From the NCBI GenBank assembly GCA_963662285.2, contig CAXXMV010000003.1, positions 1 through 64,000 of the forward strand: DNA of 64,000 bases. Direction: 5' to 3'. Position 1 is the stretch's first letter. Each line of letters starts with the position of its first letter. A program made the translations under genes and the position numbers. The notes under the pieces are model-generated. The model searched no databases. It saw nothing but the letters and a program-made list of their open reading frames with translations, and had not been told where the DNA came from. This DNA comes from a bacterium. Its GTDB lineage: Bacteria > Hinthialibacterota > Hinthialibacteria > Hinthialibacterales > Hinthialibacteraceae. Of the stretch, positions 48,171 to 57,237 are shown piece after piece.

Positions 48171-49234
48171 CTACATATTTAACCAGCCAAAAACTGCCGT
48201 TGGCGGATCTACCGGCACATCATCGAGTGTTTGGTATCTGATATCAGCTTCAAACGGAGCAGTATAGTGAACAGCGATCGAACGCATGTCATCTTCGGTA
48301 ATTGGACCTGTTGATGAATTCATCACACTATTAACGGTATATGTATGCCTTGCATTCAAACAATGTCCCAATTCATGTCTTACTACAGTATCATCATCTC
48401 GGTATTCCGGAGTCCCGTTCAAATGCAACAAAATATAAATCAAGTGCGCTTCCATTCCTGATCCGCTCATCGTCAAATCCGGCATGCATGGGCCTCGTGA
48501 ATCATTACCTTTCAGATTTATTCCCTGCTGTGATTCAACTCCTGTTTCTGCCTGTGAAGAAATCAACAAATCAGATACCTCCTTAAATAATTCTTCTGAG
48601 ACGAGTTCGCGATTAACCTGATTTATTACAATATAATCATTAATTCTTGCTGCAAGTTCATAAAAACGAGAATTATACTCTTCTAAAGCCATTTCAACAG
48701 TTGCAAGCTGTCCGGCGCTCATTGGCCGATCAACCGCAATCGAACCACTACGATCTAAACAAATCGGAATGGGAAGTGAACGTTTCCATTTCGCATGTCC
48801 AGGAAACATCTCATTCGTATGCAAAGGATTGTGATAAAAGGGATGATCTGGGTCAGTTGGCGTTACATCATAACGAGATGGAGATTCAGCAGTAGAGATT
48901 CCCGGATGAGCAACATTAGTAAACCCTTCTGCTGTTTTAATATAAATTGGCTGCCAATCGAACTGATCGGACCAATATCAATATCGCCAAAATCAAAATG
49001 ACCATCTTCAAGAGGAACTACCTTATCAAATCTCTTCGCCCAGCCCGTCATCGGCGAACCATTAATAATATTATACACATCACCATAACAAGTCATAGGA
49101 AAATCAGGATCTGGATCTGTTATACGCGCACTTGATTTGCGTGGCAATAACAGTGTTGGCGCAACAAGGCCAGCGCCAGCGCTTAATACAGATGAACGTA
49201 AAAAATTTCTTCTCGATAAATTCTCTTTAGCCAT
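48171..49234 (-). pseudogene. Tat-exported zinc metalloprotease (matrixin-like) apparently split by a frameshift (ORFs 48863-49234 and 48171-48824)
   Basis: SRRNFLR Tat motif in the upstream ORF; HELGHCLNARH plus SVM Met-turn downstream; downstream frame stays open up to about 48977, overlapping the upstream ORF. Confidence 0.65.
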
Positions 49235-49610
49235 TATTTAAACACCTCATGAGTAGTTACTACTTCCAAGTAAAACAACTCATATTTAAATGTAATCATT
49301 AACGACCAGTTATTCTCAACAAAACTTAAAGAATAATCTTTTCCCACACAAACAAAATACAAAAATATTAAAAGATTCTATTCTATTCAATATTGAAAAT
49401 TAAGATAATTGCAAAATTCAACATCAAACAACTTTTCCAATAGATTACACAATCCTCAAAAGAACGTCAACTCTTTTTTGTACAAACTCTGACATAAAAC
49501 ATCAGCGAAGTAGACAAAGCGCTAGCGTATCCCATCGTTTTGGCCGTAACAGGTCAGCCATATGAAGTAGTAACATTATAACTATGCTTTATACAAGGCT
49601 TTTTATTAAA

Positions 49611-49700
49611 ATTCTCCCCCCAAGTTTGGGGGGAGTTAGAGGGGGGTTGCGTTTCAACGAATCAACCCCCACCTAACCTCCCCCAGGCTTGGGGGAGGGA
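49611..49700. repeat. Full-length family E double-hairpin element
   Basis: CCCCCCAAGTTTGGGGGG...CCCCCAGGCTTGGGGG; inverted homolog at 57111-57189. Confidence 0.8.
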
Positions 49701-49750
49701 TAACGCACTTCAATTGGCTGACCAGTTACTTTTGGCCTAAGTCGAAGCAT

Positions 49751-49972
49751 TTAAAATACTTCCCGCATTGGGCGAATTTGGGGGCCGGGTAAGGGTTTGC
49801 CTTCTGTTTGGAAATGGGTGATGACATCATCAATAACTTCGCATAAATCCTGATAAACTTGTAGGGGATCGTCTCCGTGAATTCCGGTGATTAAATCTGG
49901 ACATTTTCCTATGTACACATTGTCCTCCTCACTCCATTCAACCCATTTGTGATACCTATCGCTCACTTTCAT
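49751..49972 (-). CDS. Short HicB-like antitoxin
   Basis: VEWSEED--YIG-CPDL--GIHGD...GKPLP fold pattern; RBS GAGGAGG. Confidence 0.75.
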   Translation of the reverse strand: MKVSDRYHKWVEWSEEDNVYIGKCPDLITGIHGDDPLQVYQDLCEVIDDVITHFQTEGKPLPGPQIRPMREVF

Positions 49973-49995
49973 TTTTGAGCCTCCTCAATAATCAT

Positions 49996-50077
49996 GTAGG
50001 ATGGGTCGCTCTTTTTCGACCCACCGATTATAGCCAATTATCTGATCCGGTGGGTCATAAGACGCGACCCACCCTAC
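49996..50077. repeat. Inverted pair of family B REPs
   Basis: GTAGGATGGGTCG...CGACCCACC and GGTGGGTC...GACCCACCCTAC. Confidence 0.8.
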
Positions 50078-50120
50078 GGCTGTACTTGCTTTGTCCAATA
50101 ATTTAATAGAACAGGTACGT

Positions 50121-50705
50121 TCATTTCTTCCGCCGCATCCCAACTACGCAAACCGCCAGCGCGGCCAGAATCAGAATCCCGCCTTCTACGAAGATTATTT
50201 TTCTCACGCCCATCAGGGTTATGAGGTAGAATGAGGTTAACAAGGTTCCAACGATGCTGCCCAGTGATGATAGAGCGTAGAGGTTGCCCACTCCCCGGCC
50301 CAGGTTGCTGATATTTTTTACTTGCAATTTTACGGCGTATGGGCTGACCGCTCCCATGAAGATGGTCGGCGGCATGAATAGGATTATTGAGGCCAGCAGC
50401 GGTTCGGCGCGCATTCCGAACTGGCTGTCGAAAATCCAGTTATTCACCGGGTCGCAGTACAGCGGCATGATGCATAAACTTACTCCGGGGATGACCAACA
50501 GCATGGCGAAACAGTAGAGATTGGCGATCCGGTCAGCCAGTTTTCCGCCTCCCCAATATCCCACGGTCAGTCCGCTGAGAAATACGCTGATCAGGCTGCC
50601 CCACACAAAGACGTCATTACCGAAATGAGGCGCCAGAATGCGGCTGCCCAGAATTTCAAATGACATGACTACGCTGCCGGTTAGAAACACTATCACTGGA
50701 ATCAT
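50121..50705 (-). CDS. Membrane module of the MFS/spermidine-synthase-like family
   Basis: EILGSRILAPHFG--VFVW, G--ADR, G-LYALSSLGSIVGT. Confidence 0.8.
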   Translation of the reverse strand: MIPVIVFLTGSVVMSFEILGSRILAPHFGNDVFVWGSLISVFLSGLTVGYWGGGKLADRIANLYCFAMLLVIPGVSLCIMPLYCDPVNNWIFDSQFGMRAEPLLASIILFMPPTIFMGAVSPYAVKLQVKNISNLGRGVGNLYALSSLGSIVGTLLTSFYLITLMGVRKIIFVEGGILILAALAVCVVGMRRKK

Positions 50706-51634
50706 TTAGATGTCGCCTCCTGGGAGCGTAAAATCTCCACTGGAGCGAAATCATCCAACAGCACGTCAGCGTCAATATCTTGTTTGGATAAATCTTCGAA
50801 TGTTTCAGCGTAGGTCTGCAATGAAAAATCGAACTGAAAACGTTTTTGCAGAGCAGGCATCCTTTTTTCTAAAATCTCTTTGGTCATGATATTCTTATTT
50901 ACGTCCGCCATGATTATGTAATTACTGGAGGAGACGGCGTCTATCAGATATATATTGGGGAATACCTGCTGATAGGTTTTTATTTCAGAGCGATAGAATT
51001 GATCCGTGCTCGGACCCCAGACATTGGAAGCCAGAACGCCTCCCGGCGCCAGTTTCTGTTTTACAATCTCGAAAAATTCTTTGGTGGTAAGATGGAAGGG
51101 AATAGCCCGGTCATCGTAAGCATCCAGGAAGATCAAGTCATATTTATCACGGCATCGGCGTAGAAATTTACGGCCGTCCATGACGATAATTTTCATTTTA
51201 GCGGTCGGTTTGAAAAAGAAATACTTCTGCGCCGCATCCACTACCCCCTGATCGATCTCCACCACATCGATTTGCGCATCAGGGTAATGTTTGGCCATTA
51301 ATTTGGGAATTGATCCACCGCCCAAGCCGACGTAAAGAATCTTCTTGGGGTCTCCCTGCAGAAACGCGGGAACCACAAAACTGGCTTTGGTATAGGAGAA
51401 CTTCAACTCAAATGGATTTTCAATATTAACCGCGCTTTGGCTGCCCCTCATGCGGTTGAATGAGAGATAGCGGTAGCCGTCAACCTCGGAAACACGGATA
51501 TGGTGATAGAGTGAATCGCCTTCATACAGAACCTTTTCGTCATTCGACCATCCATAACTGAAGCAAACGCATACACTCAGATAAAGAATAATTAAAACTG
51601 GCAACTTTCTATTCATAATCATTTTCCTAAACAC
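50702..51634 (-). CDS. Spermidine-synthase-like methyltransferase module with N-terminal signal/anchor
   Basis: VGLGGGSI, VVEID, DGRKFL, DLIFLDAY, IPFHLTT-EF, LLDDFAPV. Confidence 0.85.
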   Translation of the reverse strand: MFRKMIMNRKLPVLIILYLSVCVCFSYGWSNDEKVLYEGDSLYHHIRVSEVDGYRYLSFNRMRGSQSAVNIENPFELKFSYTKASFVVPAFLQGDPKKILYVGLGGGSIPKLMAKHYPDAQIDVVEIDQGVVDAAQKYFFFKPTAKMKIIVMDGRKFLRRCRDKYDLIFLDAYDDRAIPFHLTTKEFFEIVKQKLAPGGVLASNVWGPSTDQFYRSEIKTYQQVFPNIYLIDAVSSSNYIIMADVNKNIMTKEILEKRMPALQKRFQFDFSLQTYAETFEDLSKQDIDADVLLDDFAPVEILRSQEATSK

Positions 51635-51714
51635 TAAATATGCTCTCTTAAGAATATTGACTCAAAATATAAAAAACAGAATAAACAACAACATCCCATC
51701 ACACGTTAGTACGT

Positions 51715-53634
51715 ATGATGTTATCTTTAACTAAAACTAAATATAATAGGCTAAAAAGCATGTTACCACTATCTATTAAGAGGGCTTCTCACAAAATACC
51801 AGGCATTCTGTGTAGCCGATGGTTTCCATTTGCAGCGGTGGCTTTTGGACTTTTATTTACCTTTAGTGCAATCTGGACGGGGTGGTTTACTGATGACTAC
51901 TGGCACCGCATCGGTTATAGTGATTCACCAAAAATCGAGCAAACTTTTGGTGATTACAGCCTAACCCGTTTAACCGGTCCCATGCGGGCTTATAGTTTTC
52001 TTAGTGGTGACGAAGATAAAGTTAATTTCGCTAAAAATCAGGGCATGATGCCTTGGTGGATTGATGCAACATCGCACATCTGCTTGTGGCGCCCGATTGC
52101 CGGATTGCTGCTGGATGTAGATTACTCATTCTGGCCGCAAACGCCCGGCTTAATGCACCTGCATAGTTTGATATGGTTCGCAGGCTTGATTTTCGCCGCA
52201 TCAATATTATTTCGGAACATCATGGGCGCGGTATGGGCGGCGGGATTGGCTGCTTTACTCTTCGCCGTCGATGATTCCCATGCCTGGCCGGTTATTTTCC
52301 TGGCCAACCGCCATACGCTGCTGGCGGTATTTTTCGGCGCCTTATCGATATGGTCATTCGATCATTGGCGCAAGAAAGATGAAGGGAAATGGTGGATCAG
52401 TTTTATTCTGACATTCATCTGTTCCATACTCTCTTCTGAAGGCGGCATTGCTGTTCTGGCGTTTTATATGTCTTATCTTCTTTTTCTCGATAACAAATGC
52501 ATATCTTCTAGAATCCGCGCCCTGGTTCCCATTATTCTAATTATTGTGATTTGGCGCGTTGTTTACAATGTTCTCGGTTATGGGGCGATTGGAAATGAGT
52601 TGTATATTGATCCGGTGCGCGAACCAGTAATATTCATCGGTACGGCCATAGAGCGTTTGCCTATTCTGATTTTGGGATTAGTCGGTCTGCCGCCGTCAAT
52701 GGTTTATTTAGCATTTTCAAAGCAGGGCGCCGTTGTTTATAGCATCACGGCTTATCTGATTCTGTTCTCGCTGGCTTGGATCACTTTTCCTTTATGGAAA
52801 AAATGCAAAGTATCGCATTTCTGGGGCTGCGCCATGATAATGGCCTGCATCCCGCTATGTTCCGCTCTTCCTGGAAACAGAAATCTGGGATTGCCCAGCA
52901 TCGGCGCTTTAGGGCTTATCGCTCAACTTTGTTATAACTTAATTCAACAACGGCGCATCCTGATAAAATCCAGTTTCCGAAAATTCGCTATTTGGTGTCT
53001 GGTGGGTTTTGGTTTTGTAATCCATCTGGTAATTTACCCCGCCATCCTGGGAGGCACTCCATTTGCATTCAAGATGCTTCAACAGGGAATAAACTATGTT
53101 GTACGATTTAGTGAATGGGATGAGCAGATAGAATCTAAAGACGCCATTTTCGTTAATACGCCAAACTCTCTCCTCTTCAGTTTCTGCACTCCCTTCCGCA
53201 TCTTGAATGATTTGCCGATCCCTAGACATCTAAGGATACTGTCTCCCGGTCGTGAACCGATTGAAATAAAACGAATCGATGAAAAAACAATCTCAGTAAA
53301 ACCGGAACTTGGTTTTCTTCCTCCCGCAGACGCAAGTCTGAAAAAGAACCCGACGCTGCTGGATCATATAAATCAAAAGAATGCCGATAGAAGATTCGAA
53401 CGCATTATTCTCAGACGCGATACCAAATTCCATGCCGGACAACAAACCAAACTGGATGGAGTACGGATTGAGGTTACCTCAATTACTGAAGACAAACGCC
53501 CTCTAGAAGTACAATACAATTTTGAACATCCCCTGGAAGATGATTCTATGGTCTGGTATTTCTGGGATAATAATCATTTACGTTTTTCTCCTTTCACCAT
53601 CCCTGCAATCGGAGAAAACATGGTGCTGAAATAA
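51715..53634 (+). CDS. Polytopic membrane protein, GT-C-like glycosyltransferase candidate
   Basis: DDY after the first TM helix, WRPI, ANRH, multiple TM segments, soluble C-terminal domain. Confidence 0.55.
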   Translation: MMLSLTKTKYNRLKSMLPLSIKRASHKIPGILCSRWFPFAAVAFGLLFTFSAIWTGWFTDDYWHRIGYSDSPKIEQTFGDYSLTRLTGPMRAYSFLSGDEDKVNFAKNQGMMPWWIDATSHICLWRPIAGLLLDVDYSFWPQTPGLMHLHSLIWFAGLIFAASILFRNIMGAVWAAGLAALLFAVDDSHAWPVIFLANRHTLLAVFFGALSIWSFDHWRKKDEGKWWISFILTFICSILSSEGGIAVLAFYMSYLLFLDNKCISSRIRALVPIILIIVIWRVVYNVLGYGAIGNELYIDPVREPVIFIGTAIERLPILILGLVGLPPSMVYLAFSKQGAVVYSITAYLILFSLAWITFPLWKKCKVSHFWGCAMIMACIPLCSALPGNRNLGLPSIGALGLIAQLCYNLIQQRRILIKSSFRKFAIWCLVGFGFVIHLVIYPAILGGTPFAFKMLQQGINYVVRFSEWDEQIESKDAIFVNTPNSLLFSFCTPFRILNDLPIPRHLRILSPGREPIEIKRIDEKTISVKPELGFLPPADASLKKNPTLLDHINQKNADRRFERIILRRDTKFHAGQQTKLDGVRIEVTSITEDKRPLEVQYNFEHPLEDDSMVWYFWDNNHLRFSPFTIPAIGENMVLK

Positions 53635-53679
53635 ATTCCGGGGAAGGAGTGAGATATTCATCCTCCTACCCCGTGAATT
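53633..53679. terminator. Hairpin between convergent genes
   Basis: AATTC-CGGGG-A-AGGAG...CTCCT-A-CCCCG-T-GAATT imperfect stem. Confidence 0.5.
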
Positions 53680-53688
53680 CTATTTTCT

Positions 53689-54048
53689 TCAACTGGCGCT
53701 TGATTCTTCCAACTTCTGGATGCGTTGATTGATGCTTTCCAATGTGTTTTGAATAGAATCAGCTTGCGCTTTGAGTAAATCCAATTCTGGATTAGAAGCC
53801 GCCCTAGGTTCTATTGGCGTTTGAACTACCAGTTGCGGGCTTTGAATGACTGGTTGCCGACGCCATGCATAACCTCTACCGAAACCACGGCCTTGTCCTG
53901 CTCCCATACCCCGGCCCAAGCCTCTACCGAATCCCCGGCCCATTGGAGCGCTCTGGTATCCTGGAACACTATTGCCTGTGCAATAACCTGCTTGACGGCC
54001 AGTCATGGGGCCTAATCCTGCTGGACCTGTTCTGTCTCCTCCTGGCAT
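53689..54048 (-). CDS. DUF5320 family protein
   Basis: MPGGDRTGPAGLGPMTGR--GYC, GRG repeats, C-terminal coiled coil. Confidence 0.88.
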   Translation of the reverse strand: MPGGDRTGPAGLGPMTGRQAGYCTGNSVPGYQSAPMGRGFGRGLGRGMGAGQGRGFGRGYAWRRQPVIQSPQLVVQTPIEPRAASNPELDLLKAQADSIQNTLESINQRIQKLEESSAS

Positions 54049-54111
54049 GATATTTCTCCTTAAGCAACGGTTTTCTTCTGAAAACCTGGTTTTTTTTTCA
54101 ATATGGTAATA

Positions 54112-54127
54112 TGCATAAAACGTACCA
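54112..54127 (-). promoter_or_regulatory. Sigma54 (-24/-12) promoter candidate
   Basis: TGGTACGTTTTATGCA on the minus strand, GG-N10-GC spacing. Confidence 0.65.
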
Positions 54128-54256
54128 TATTGTTTGAGTTTTTTAAGTATAGAAAATTCAGAGGAATATGGTGGTTTATGTTCCAGCGGGATTAAATGAT
54201 AGTCTTGAAACGCGACTTGTATTAATTAACAGAGTCGCGTTATGCTATTGTAGTAT

Positions 54257-56185
54257 TTAGCGAATACTCGAAACTGAATAGGTGGTTAATTTGAAAACCA
54301 GTTGTTGATACATCTCGTTGATCTCTTCAGTAAATGATTCATGTTCTTCGCGGATCGTTTCGCGCACGTCTTTTCTCAATTTATTGTATTTGCGTTTGGC
54401 TTCAGCCAGTGTTTCATCGCGTAATCGGCGGTATTCAATTAAAAGGGATTCACTGGAGCGGGCGGTGCTATCTCTATATTGGTTCATCATTTGAGAAAAA
54501 GCTTCACGTTTTTTTGAGAAATAATCCGCCAGCCTGAAAGCCTCGAAGGCCGAGCGGGTTATTTCGCGGAAATGATGTCCCTGGATGCCCAGGCTTACAG
54601 CGGTCACGAAGAAACTTGGTTTACGTAATGCCGTGCTGATTAAGAATTTAGAGGCGCACCAGCGGTATGACTTAAATGGCGCAATAACCAGGTAACTGAT
54701 GAAGGCGCGAAGTTCTTCCCACCGGATGCGCAGAGAGAAATCCAGGTATTTAGGCGCAGTCCATTTTTCGCGTAGTTTGACGCAGCGCTTGAAATATGCT
54801 GAGAGGTTTAATGGATAAATAGACTGGAGAATGGCTTGATAATCTCTAATTACATCCATCATGGGACGTTTAGGTATAAAGTTGGTTTGAAAGTCATGGG
54901 TGTTATTGCCGCTGGCTTTGCTCAGAAGCCGCCCTTCTCGTTTGAGTCTATCATAGAGGTCAGTTTCGGGCAGAGCCTGCAACAAACCAACCATGGCGAC
55001 GGGAATTCCCAGTTCCTGGATGAAATCAATCATCTGCTCTTTGATATCTTTAGGATCATTATCAAAACCAAGGATGAAGCCAGATGTGACCTGCAGCCCG
55101 TGGCGTTGGATTTTCTCAACTTTTTGGGCAATGCTTCCCTTTATATTAATATGCTTGCGCGTTTCCATCAGACTTTCTTCAGAAGGCGTTTCGATGCCGA
55201 CGAAAACCATATCGAATCCGGCGTTATGGAATCCATCCAATAGTTCCTGATCGTCCGCGATGGTAAGCGTGCCTTCGGTAGAGAGTTGAAATGGATAGTT
55301 ATGATCATGTTGCCATTGAGTTAAAGCAGACAGAATGTCTTTGGCTCTCAGTTTGTTGCCGATAAAGTTATCATCGACGATGAATACAGGACCCCGCCAT
55401 TTCAGTCTATATAATTCATCCAACTCCCTGGTCATGTTTTGCGGGGATTTACAGCGCGGCTTCTTGCCGTAACGCCGCCAGATGTCACAGAACTCACAAC
55501 CAATCGGGCAACCCCGTGAGGCTTGCACCGACATGTTCCTGTAGGCTTTTTGTTTAAATAGGTCAAATCTGGGTATAGGCGCTGAATTTATATCGGGATA
55601 TTGATCAACTAGTTGTATGTCAGCGTCATCTCCGAAAAAGGAGTAGACCGCATCCATCTCATTTTTTGATACAGGTCTGCTGTATGCCCGCTTCGCCTGA
55701 CCGATAGAGAAATCATCCCAGAATTGGTGGATGATATTCTCTGCTTCACCAATAACGAAATGATCCACTCCATCAAGTTCCCGGTAGGCGGAGGAGGGAT
55801 AGGGGCCGCCGGCGATTACGGGGATAGAGAACCGCCTGGCGCGTTTTACGACTTCATCAAAAGAGTCTTTCTGCACGATCATAGCTGATATTAGTACTGC
55901 GTCGGCCCATTGCAAATCTTTATCGGTCAGCGGCTCAATATTCATATCAATAAGTCGAAGATCGCATGACTCAGGCAGCATGGCGGCAATTGTGGCAAGC
56001 CCCAATGGAGGAAATGCGCTCTTCTTGCCCAACATCTTCAACGCAGTGCTGAAACTCCAATAGGTCATTGATGGGATTGTTGGATAAACCAACAATAAAT
56101 TCCTGGGGGGAGTTCGTCTGCCGTCGCATTGAATTGTAGGATTAATATTAGATTCAGGTGAAGATGCATCGGGTAATCTAAACAT
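54257..56185 (-). CDS. B12-binding radical SAM protein (DUF4070-type C-terminus)
   Basis: PPLGLATIAA, AMIVQ, GGPY, SRGCPIGCEFC, VDDNFIGN, GFILGFDND. Confidence 0.9.
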   Translation of the reverse strand: MFRLPDASSPESNINPTIQCDGRRTPPRNLLLVYPTIPSMTYWSFSTALKMLGKKSAFPPLGLATIAAMLPESCDLRLIDMNIEPLTDKDLQWADAVLISAMIVQKDSFDEVVKRARRFSIPVIAGGPYPSSAYRELDGVDHFVIGEAENIIHQFWDDFSIGQAKRAYSRPVSKNEMDAVYSFFGDDADIQLVDQYPDINSAPIPRFDLFKQKAYRNMSVQASRGCPIGCEFCDIWRRYGKKPRCKSPQNMTRELDELYRLKWRGPVFIVDDNFIGNKLRAKDILSALTQWQHDHNYPFQLSTEGTLTIADDQELLDGFHNAGFDMVFVGIETPSEESLMETRKHINIKGSIAQKVEKIQRHGLQVTSGFILGFDNDPKDIKEQMIDFIQELGIPVAMVGLLQALPETDLYDRLKREGRLLSKASGNNTHDFQTNFIPKRPMMDVIRDYQAILQSIYPLNLSAYFKRCVKLREKWTAPKYLDFSLRIRWEELRAFISYLVIAPFKSYRWCASKFLISTALRKPSFFVTAVSLGIQGHHFREITRSAFEAFRLADYFSKKREAFSQMMNQYRDSTARSSESLLIEYRRLRDETLAEAKRKYNKLRKDVRETIREEHESFTEEINEMYQQLVFKLTTYSVSSIR

Positions 56186-56343
56186 TATAAACGCTCCTCA
56201 ACACAACCATTATTAATATGAAATATACCCGTGATAATATCTAAAACAATGGGGTATAGTATTATTTTACCAAAAATTCTTATACGATTGATTCAACATA
56301 ATAAAAGTTGGATTATTACTTATTTCCATAAGGAGAATACAGC

Positions 56344-57108
56344 ATGAGAGTAACAAGTTTGTATTTGTTGGCGTTACTAATTATCTTTGTTGGTTCCATG
56401 ACCACATTAGCCCAGGATGAAGAAGTACGCTATTTCGCTGTTTTAGAGGATCAAGTAAAACCAGCCATGATTTCTGCTTATGAAAGTTCTTTGATGGACC
56501 TTAATGAACTTATGCAAGAGAAGGGAATTGAGTCATATATTGGACCTGTCTTAAGCCTGAGTGAGACTGCTGCTTATCTTAAGATATTTCCACCGGTAAA
56601 GAACTACTGCGGTATAGAAAAGATAATTAGTCAAACCTCTGATATCGCAAAAATCGATAAAAAACTGGATGACAAGATCCAAGTATCGAAAGAATACCAG
56701 AAATGGTTGATTGTCCGCCAAAGACCTGATTTATCTTATCATCCAGAGGATGTAACCAGTGATTTGGAAGAAAACAGTTATTATCATTTCACTTATTTCT
56801 GGGGATTCAACGATCAGAAAACTGCATTGGAAGATTCATGCAAGGAGTGGGTTGAACTCTATAAACAAAATGAAATTCAAAACGGTTATATAGTGTTTGA
56901 AGCGGTGATGGGAGAAGAATTACCCTTGCTGATATTTATGTATACCGCTAAAAATCCCGCTGATTTTTATCAAATCAGAAATGAAATATCCCAAAAGTTG
57001 GGCTTTAGTGAAGTTAAACTGATGGAAAAGAGTATGAAAGTTTGCCGTAAATATGAAGTGAAAAGCGGTCTGTTGCGGCCTTATCTATCAAATATGAAGG
57101 GGTGGTGA
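56344..57108 (+). CDS. Hypothetical exported protein
   Basis: Signal peptide ending TLA-Q; two halves each ending in RP-LS; RBS AAGGAG. Confidence 0.6.
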   Translation: MRVTSLYLLALLIIFVGSMTTLAQDEEVRYFAVLEDQVKPAMISAYESSLMDLNELMQEKGIESYIGPVLSLSETAAYLKIFPPVKNYCGIEKIISQTSDIAKIDKKLDDKIQVSKEYQKWLIVRQRPDLSYHPEDVTSDLEENSYYHFTYFWGFNDQKTALEDSCKEWVELYKQNEIQNGYIVFEAVMGEELPLLIFMYTAKNPADFYQIRNEISQKLGFSEVKLMEKSMKVCRKYEVKSGLLRPYLSNMKGW

Positions 57109-57110
57109 TA

Positions 57111-57189
57111 TCACTTCCTCAAGCCTGGGGAAGGATTAAGAGATTGAAGCGCAATCCCCCTCTAATTCCCCCAAACTTGGGGGGAGAAT
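57111..57189. repeat. Family E element, inverted relative to 49611-49700
   Basis: AAGCCTGGGG...GCAATCCCCCTCTAATTCCCCCAAACTTGGGGGGAGAAT. Confidence 0.8.
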
Positions 57190-57237
57190 ATGTTACTCTC
57201 CAATATGCGGGGATAGTGATAATTCTCACCCTCTCAT

